Notes under the pieces: model-generated
Databases searched by the model: none
What the model saw: only the letters and a program-made list of their open reading frames with translations
What the model was told of the DNA's origin: nothing
In this document: positions 58,783 through 64,000 of the stretch, piece after piece
How positions within the stretch are numbered: position 1 is the first letter of the stretch
Layout of the letters: each line of letters starts with the position of its first letter
Translations under genes and position numbers: made by a program
Assembly: GCA_051532035.1 (NCBI GenBank)
Contig: JAOPTW010000014.1
Span: 1-64,000 of the forward strand
Direction: 5' to 3'
DNA length: 64,000 bases
Origin: Fibrobacterales bacterium
GTDB taxonomy: Bacteria; Fibrobacterota; Fibrobacteria; Fibrobacterales; JAOPTW01

Positions 58783-60153
58783 ATGCATTCTACTGCAGTA
58801 CATTTTCACGAAACACATTTTTCTGAAACCATTAATGCACTTGCATCGCTTGTAGCGATTCCCTCTATCAGCTTTGATGGATACCCTATTCAGGCGGTTA
58901 TTGACTCAGCCCAAGCAGTAACGGTACTCATGACCGAGTCTGGCCTCTCTAACGTTCAAGTCATTACCCTCCCGGGAGTACACCCTTATGTCTATGGTGA
59001 ACATATCGTTGATCCCACTTACCCTACAGTTCTACTCTATGCCCATCACGATGTACAGCCTCCTATGCGAACAGAGCTCTGGGATTCCGACCCATTTATT
59101 GCAACTGAAAAAGAGGGGCGGCTTTTTGGCAGAGGTACCGCCGATGACAAAGCGGGAATATTAGTTCACACCGCATCTATCAAGGCCCTTCTTGAGACCC
59201 ACACAGAACTAAAGGTGAACATAAAGGTTTTGATTGAAGGCGAAGAGGAGATTGGATCGCCTCATTTAGGGTCCTTCATAGAGGGCCATCGTGACACACT
59301 GGCCGCCGACTATATTGTCATTACAGACGCAACAAACTACGACACCGGTATTCCTACACTCACCACCTGCCTTCGAGGTATGGTGTGCCTCGACATTGAA
59401 GTAAGTGCATTAAAAAGCCCACTCCACTCCGGTCTTTGGGGAGGCCCTATCCCCGACCCCGCTATGGGTCTCAGTAAGATCCTTGCCTCACTTACACAAA
59501 GTGATGGCACTATCGCTATCCCCGAGCTCTACGATGGAATTATAGAACCAACAAAAGAAGAGATTGATTCCTACAAATCTCTAATGATGAACAACCAGCT
59601 CTTTAGAGAACAAGCAGGAGTACTCGAAGGTGTTGAGCTCTTTGGAAGTGATCACGAAATTTTATTAAAACTTTGGAAAGAACCCTCATTAATCATAAAT
59701 AGTATGGAGTCGGGAAGCAGAAAAACCGCTGGTAATGTTATTATGAATGGCGCCTGGGCTCGAGTCGGCGTACGGCTCCCCGCAGGTATTGATAGTACCA
59801 AAGCAGAGGCTGCTCTTGTTTCAAAAATAAAAAATGAATGCCCATGGGGATTAAATATTAAGATAGAGACTGAAGCAGCTGTTGATGGATGGGCAACCAA
59901 TACTCACGACCCAGTATTTGCCCAAGCAAAGCAGGCACTCACTGACGGCTATCAAAAAGAGGCTGTCTTTGCAGGATGCGGTGCATCAATCCCCCTTGCC
60001 GATGAACTTTCAACAGCACTCGGCGGTATTCCAACCCTACTTATGGGGATCGAAGACCCCTACACCAATGCTCATAGCGAAAATGAGAGTCTCCATTTGG
60101 ATGATTTCAAGAAAGCAATTAAGAGTCAAATACTTTTCATTCAAAGTTTTTAG
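58783..60153 (+). CDS. M20 family dipeptidase (CNDP/Dug1-like)
   Basis: YAHHDVQP, GRGTADDK, EGEEEIGS, LHSG and AHSENE. Confidence 0.92.
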   Translation: MHSTAVHFHETHFSETINALASLVAIPSISFDGYPIQAVIDSAQAVTVLMTESGLSNVQVITLPGVHPYVYGEHIVDPTYPTVLLYAHHDVQPPMRTELWDSDPFIATEKEGRLFGRGTADDKAGILVHTASIKALLETHTELKVNIKVLIEGEEEIGSPHLGSFIEGHRDTLAADYIVITDATNYDTGIPTLTTCLRGMVCLDIEVSALKSPLHSGLWGGPIPDPAMGLSKILASLTQSDGTIAIPELYDGIIEPTKEEIDSYKSLMMNNQLFREQAGVLEGVELFGSDHEILLKLWKEPSLIINSMESGSRKTAGNVIMNGAWARVGVRLPAGIDSTKAEAALVSKIKNECPWGLNIKIETEAAVDGWATNTHDPVFAQAKQALTDGYQKEAVFAGCGASIPLADELSTALGGIPTLLMGIEDPYTNAHSENESLHLDDFKKAIKSQILFIQSF

Positions 60154-60274
60154 AAACAATAGTTCACAAATTGTGAACATAAAAGGGTACATTCTTGTTA
60201 CATATAATGACGAACTCCATTGAATAAGCTTATTTTGTTACATTGAGAGAAGGCACCTTAAGGCAATAAGAAAT

Positions 60275-62011
60275 ATGGCAAAAGACAATCTCGCGCACAT
60301 TGAGCGCCCCGCAAAAGAATTTCCCCGAACATTCGTTGATGCATCATTTACACTGACTTCGTGGAGTGATATTCTTCCCTATTATGAAAAGCTCCTTACA
60401 TTTTCCGTCGACACGGTAGAAGCCTTTAAAACATGGGCTCAGAACCGTTCAGAGTTAGAATCATGTTACCTCGAAGAGGGCACTCGTCGTTACATCAATA
60501 TGACCTGCTACACTGATGACCCTGACAATGCTGCACTCTATACAACATTTATTGAAAAGCTCGACCCTGAATTTGTCCTCTATTCAAATAAACTCGACAA
60601 GATGATGCTCGAATCACCAGTGATCAATCATGCCGATCTCTCAGAATATCAAAATTGGGTCCGATCAGTTACTACTCAAAATGAGCTGTTCAAAGAAGAA
60701 AATATTGCTATTGAAACAGAGATTGGACTTGAGGTCCAAAAATACCAAAAAGTAACCGGTGGTATGTCTGTCATATATGATGGCGAAGAGAAAACACTCC
60801 AGCAGGTACTCGCTCTTTTAAATGAGCCCAATAGATCAATTCGAGAAAAAGCATGGCGCCTTGTTGCAGAACGAAGACTCCAAGATAAAGAGGTACTCAA
60901 TACTCACTTTAACTACATGCTTGAGCGTCGACTTAAGGTAGCCCAGAATTGTGGTTGTAGTGACTATCTGGAATATATATTTAAAGCAAAAGAGCGCTAC
61001 GACTACACCCCACACGATTGTGAGCAATTTCATCAATCAATTAAAGAGGTTGTTGTACCCATCAAAAATAGAAGTGCTGATGAGCGGAAGAAACTTCTTA
61101 AGCTCGATACCTTACGCCCCTGGGATACGTCATGTGACCCACTGGGACGCCCTGCACTTAAGCCATTTACAACGCCACAAGAACTGATCGACAAAACTTA
61201 CACTATTTTTAACACCATTGACAATGAACTGGGCGACATATTTAGGTTAATGCGCGACCGTCAACTCCTCGACCTCGATAGTAGGCTCGGCAAAGCTCCT
61301 GGTGGATATCAGTGCGGCCTTGACGAACAGAGACTCCCTTTTATTTTTATGAATGCAGTAGGAACCAGTTCAGATGTTAACACTCTTCTTCACGAGGGCG
61401 GGCATAGCTTCCACCAGTTTTTTATGAAACAACTTGACCTTCTCTCATTTAGAGAGATCGGTTCAGAAATTGCTGAAGTGGCTTCTATGAGCATGGAACT
61501 CATTGGCGGTGAATACCTCAGTGAATTCTACAACAATGATGAGTTCAAACGAGCCCGAATCAACCATTTTGAAGGTGTTATTGAAGTACTCGCATGGGTA
61601 GCCATTGTCGACAGCTTTCAACACTGGATATACACAACTCCTCATCACACAAACGAAGAGCGTAATCAAAAATGGATTTCAATCCTCCGAGATTTTAAAC
61701 CCGAAGTTAATTGGAGTGACCTTACTGATGAAGAAGCCTATTTTTGGCACAAACAGCTCCACATTTTTGAAGTACCCTTCTATTACATAGAGTACGGCAT
61801 TGCACAAATTGGTGCCCTCCAAGTATATAAGAATTTCAAAGAAAACCCTTCACAGGCTCTTGCAGCTTACAAGAAAGGGCTATCACTCGGAAGCACCAAA
61901 CCACTTCCCGAGCTTTTTGAAGCGATGAACATTAAGTTTGATTTTTCAAAAGAGACCATCGAACCCCTCATGCAACTCGTCGCAGATGAGATCAACGCTT
62001 TAAAAATATAG
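60275..62011 (+). CDS. pepF: M3B oligoendopeptidase F
   Basis: LRPWD, KAPGGY, HEGGH, EVASMSME and HIFEVPFYYIEY. Confidence 0.92.
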   Translation: MAKDNLAHIERPAKEFPRTFVDASFTLTSWSDILPYYEKLLTFSVDTVEAFKTWAQNRSELESCYLEEGTRRYINMTCYTDDPDNAALYTTFIEKLDPEFVLYSNKLDKMMLESPVINHADLSEYQNWVRSVTTQNELFKEENIAIETEIGLEVQKYQKVTGGMSVIYDGEEKTLQQVLALLNEPNRSIREKAWRLVAERRLQDKEVLNTHFNYMLERRLKVAQNCGCSDYLEYIFKAKERYDYTPHDCEQFHQSIKEVVVPIKNRSADERKKLLKLDTLRPWDTSCDPLGRPALKPFTTPQELIDKTYTIFNTIDNELGDIFRLMRDRQLLDLDSRLGKAPGGYQCGLDEQRLPFIFMNAVGTSSDVNTLLHEGGHSFHQFFMKQLDLLSFREIGSEIAEVASMSMELIGGEYLSEFYNNDEFKRARINHFEGVIEVLAWVAIVDSFQHWIYTTPHHTNEERNQKWISILRDFKPEVNWSDLTDEEAYFWHKQLHIFEVPFYYIEYGIAQIGALQVYKNFKENPSQALAAYKKGLSLGSTKPLPELFEAMNIKFDFSKETIEPLMQLVADEINALKI

Positions 62012-62028
62012 CCCTATCGTACAATCCT

Positions 62029-62075
62029 ATATAAAGAAGGGCCCATTGAATATATCAATGGGCCCTTCTTTATAT
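62029..62075. terminator. Bidirectional terminator between convergent pepF and pgl-like genes
   Basis: Perfect 21-bp inverted repeat ATATAAAGAAGGGCCCATTGA / TCAATGGGCCCTTCTTTATAT with a 5-nt loop. Confidence 0.85.
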
Positions 62076-62089
62076 TTTGCCTGTAAAAA

Positions 62090-62827
62090 CTATTCAGAGG
62101 GCTGGATTTTAGATGCCGCAGCCCTATCGACAAGCCACATCATCATACCCTCTGCGGGGTCAATATATGATGCTGGGTAGCTCATTGAAATTGCATCCAT
62201 CTTAAATATATGATACAGCGTTTCGGCACGCTCTTCTCCACTAATGAGAAAAAAGACTCGTTGTGCATTATTAAGAACATCAAGAAGCAGCGATACTTTA
62301 AGTTGCCCTGAGTGGGGGTCTTGTACCACACAGGTAAACTGCGTGGAAGCATTAGGGACAGGTATAATTTCTGGATAGAGAGACGCTACATGGCCATCCT
62401 CTCCCAAATCCAGAAGTAACAGATCGAAGCATGGATAATTATCTTTTATAGGGACAAACTCTACAAGCTCATGTTTATACCGAATAATTTCCATTTTCGG
62501 GTCAGCATCTCCATAAATTCGATGAATATTTTTTTTCGGAAGAGCAACTCGAGAGAACAATCGATCGTTAAAATAGAAGAAATTATCCCGACCATCAGCA
62601 GCGAAACATGTTTCATCGACCCACCAAAAATGAAGGCGCTCCCACACTATTGAGTGTTTAAAATCTTCACCTGAAATAATCTCAAGGATGCGAAGTACAA
62701 TCGGATTTGAGGTGAGTGCAATATGAAATGCATCTCGAGGGTCTCTTGAATAGAGCACAATTTTTTCAGCCATGAGAAATGCGATCTCTTCTGAATACTC
62801 TAAGATTGATAAATTTTGTGCTCTCAT
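62090..62827 (-). CDS. pgl: 6-phosphogluconolactonase-like protein with altered phosphate-binding motifs
   Basis: LHFWWVDE, NIHRI, FDLLLL.LGEDGHVASLYP and WLVDRAAA. Confidence 0.8.
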   Translation of the reverse strand: MRAQNLSILEYSEEIAFLMAEKIVLYSRDPRDAFHIALTSNPIVLRILEIISGEDFKHSIVWERLHFWWVDETCFAADGRDNFFYFNDRLFSRVALPKKNIHRIYGDADPKMEIIRYKHELVEFVPIKDNYPCFDLLLLDLGEDGHVASLYPEIIPVPNASTQFTCVVQDPHSGQLKVSLLLDVLNNAQRVFFLISGEERAETLYHIFKMDAISMSYPASYIDPAEGMMMWLVDRAAASKIQPSE

Positions 62828-63065
62828 CTGTAACCACGTATATAATTGATTTCAGACTTATTGTATCAATGATTCAGAAGAGGTGACAAGGAGAATATGA
62901 ACTACTCTTCATTAATGCAACATTGTAGTAAGAGGGAGGATAAAATAGATAAAACTCCTCTCTAATCTCTCAAATAGATAAACCCAATACACTGACCGGG
63001 CCTTTAAATATTTGAGGGGGCTCTGCACTAGCTCTCTTCAATACTGACCAACAAATCACCTAGAG

Positions 63066-63527
63066 TTATACTTTTATTTCATTGAACCCTGTAAAATACT
63101 TCAATTGATTTGAAAGTTCATTTAAGAATGCATAATACTCACCTCGATCGAAAGTGAGCATAACTGGAGCAGCGAGCCTCAGCTCAAGAGTGTTATTTTT
63201 TTTGACTTGAACGCGTACCCGAGCCTTGTGAATCGAGTAGTAAAGTTTATCATTGGGTGCATATCGTACAAAACACCAATTGCCCTCTTTACCTCCATGT
63301 TCTTCAAAGCCATATACCAACAACATCTGATCGAGTGTATCTTTTGTATTATCAGCATTGAGTAGGTATTCAGGAAAAGGAATAACAGAACGATACTTTG
63401 GAAACCATGCCAAAGAAGGGCGACGATCAGGCATTTTTCTAAAGGGCAGTACATTATAGAGAACTGCGCTCAAAGCCCCCAGACCGAAAAGTCCGCCAAT
63501 TAATAGTTGATCAATAGAAAAATCCAC
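63066..63527 (-). CDS. Hypothetical membrane-anchored protein
   Basis: GTG start and one N-terminal TM helix; follows the CZB gene in the same orientation. Confidence 0.6.
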   Translation of the reverse strand: MDFSIDQLLIGGLFGLGALSAVLYNVLPFRKMPDRRPSLAWFPKYRSVIPFPEYLLNADNTKDTLDQMLLVYGFEEHGGKEGNWCFVRYAPNDKLYYSIHKARVRVQVKKNNTLELRLAAPVMLTFDRGEYYAFLNELSNQLKYFTGFNEIKV

Positions 63528-63545
63528 TGTGCACTCTACATGAAG

Positions 63546-64000
63546 TTAACTCTTACGAATATAGAATTGATCGAGCGCTTCAAACAGTGCTACCCTTTTA
63601 AATTCGAATTCTTCTAACGCATTAAATGCACTACTTACATCTTTAGTGTTGTAAGCATCAACAACCGTAACAATTGATGTATGGATATCGACATGATGCT
63701 GAAACAAATCTTTAAATTCTTTACTCTCTCGTACATCACCCTCAATGGCATCAATAAATTTGCCAAATTGACACTCATGCGGACCAGTTATTTCATCCAC
63801 CGTTAATGTCATTTTCCCTGCAAGGAGGTCCATTAACTTACCCGCCCATTTCATATGACCCGATTTAATACCATTAACATCTATCTCATCTTCACTGAGC
63901 GTATACACATTAAGGCTTTCATAAATTTTACCACTCAAAGATGCTATATAATCACTGTATGTTGCCAATACTTTGGTCATTTTATCAACCGAATCCATTG
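63546..64000 (-). CDS. CZB (chemoreceptor zinc-binding) domain, probably the C-terminus of a methyl-accepting chemotaxis protein truncated by the window edge
   Basis: GHMKW, HECQFGKF and HVDIH give the His/Cys/His/His zinc ligands; the frame is open to the edge. Confidence 0.8.
   Translation of the reverse strand, partial: MDSVDKMTKVLATYSDYIASLSGKIYESLNVYTLSEDEIDVNGIKSGHMKWAGKLMDLLAGKMTLTVDEITGPHECQFGKFIDAIEGDVRESKEFKDLFQHHVDIHTSIVTVVDAYNTKDVSSAFNALEEFEFKRVALFEALDQFYIRKS

Noticed and set aside
1421..63454. Many 60-135 aa alternative-frame and antisense ORFs in the ORF track
   Set aside because: They lie within or overlap well-supported genes, or lack any motif; they are consistent with shadow ORFs.

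Overview
A 64-kb AT-rich bacterial chromosomal window with about 39 supportable CDSs. I found no rRNA, tRNA, CRISPR array, transposase or integrase. Ser-rich-linker lipoproteins, two fibro-slime proteins, a circularly permuted Fibrobacter-type GH16 lichenase and a T9SS-like C-terminal tail suggest Fibrobacterota; a sigma28-type promoter and a CZB chemoreceptor fragment suggest a flagellated member (both inference). Housekeeping genes (pfkA, cyclophilin, fabF, orn, lgt, PBP1A, ftsK, gcvT, aroF, pepF) surround a 16.6-kb block of three giant secreted proteins. The best candidate for an undescribed system is the two-gene operon at 16509-26536. It encodes a 2572-aa polyprotein with a complete M4 metalloprotease and a complete S8 subtilase, each with its own propeptide, ending in a short beta-strand tag. 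Its co-transcribed partner is a CBM32/Ig protein ending in a fibre-base-like domain. Together they may be a docking/surface-display pair. Other points of interest: three enzymes with altered catalytic motifs (NERD, GATase, PGL), a repeat insertion in a CHASE2 adenylate cyclase, a possible PBP1A-activator lipoprotein, and a sigma28/CsrA-type leader on an orphan gene. All family calls come from motifs recognised by eye; no searches were run.
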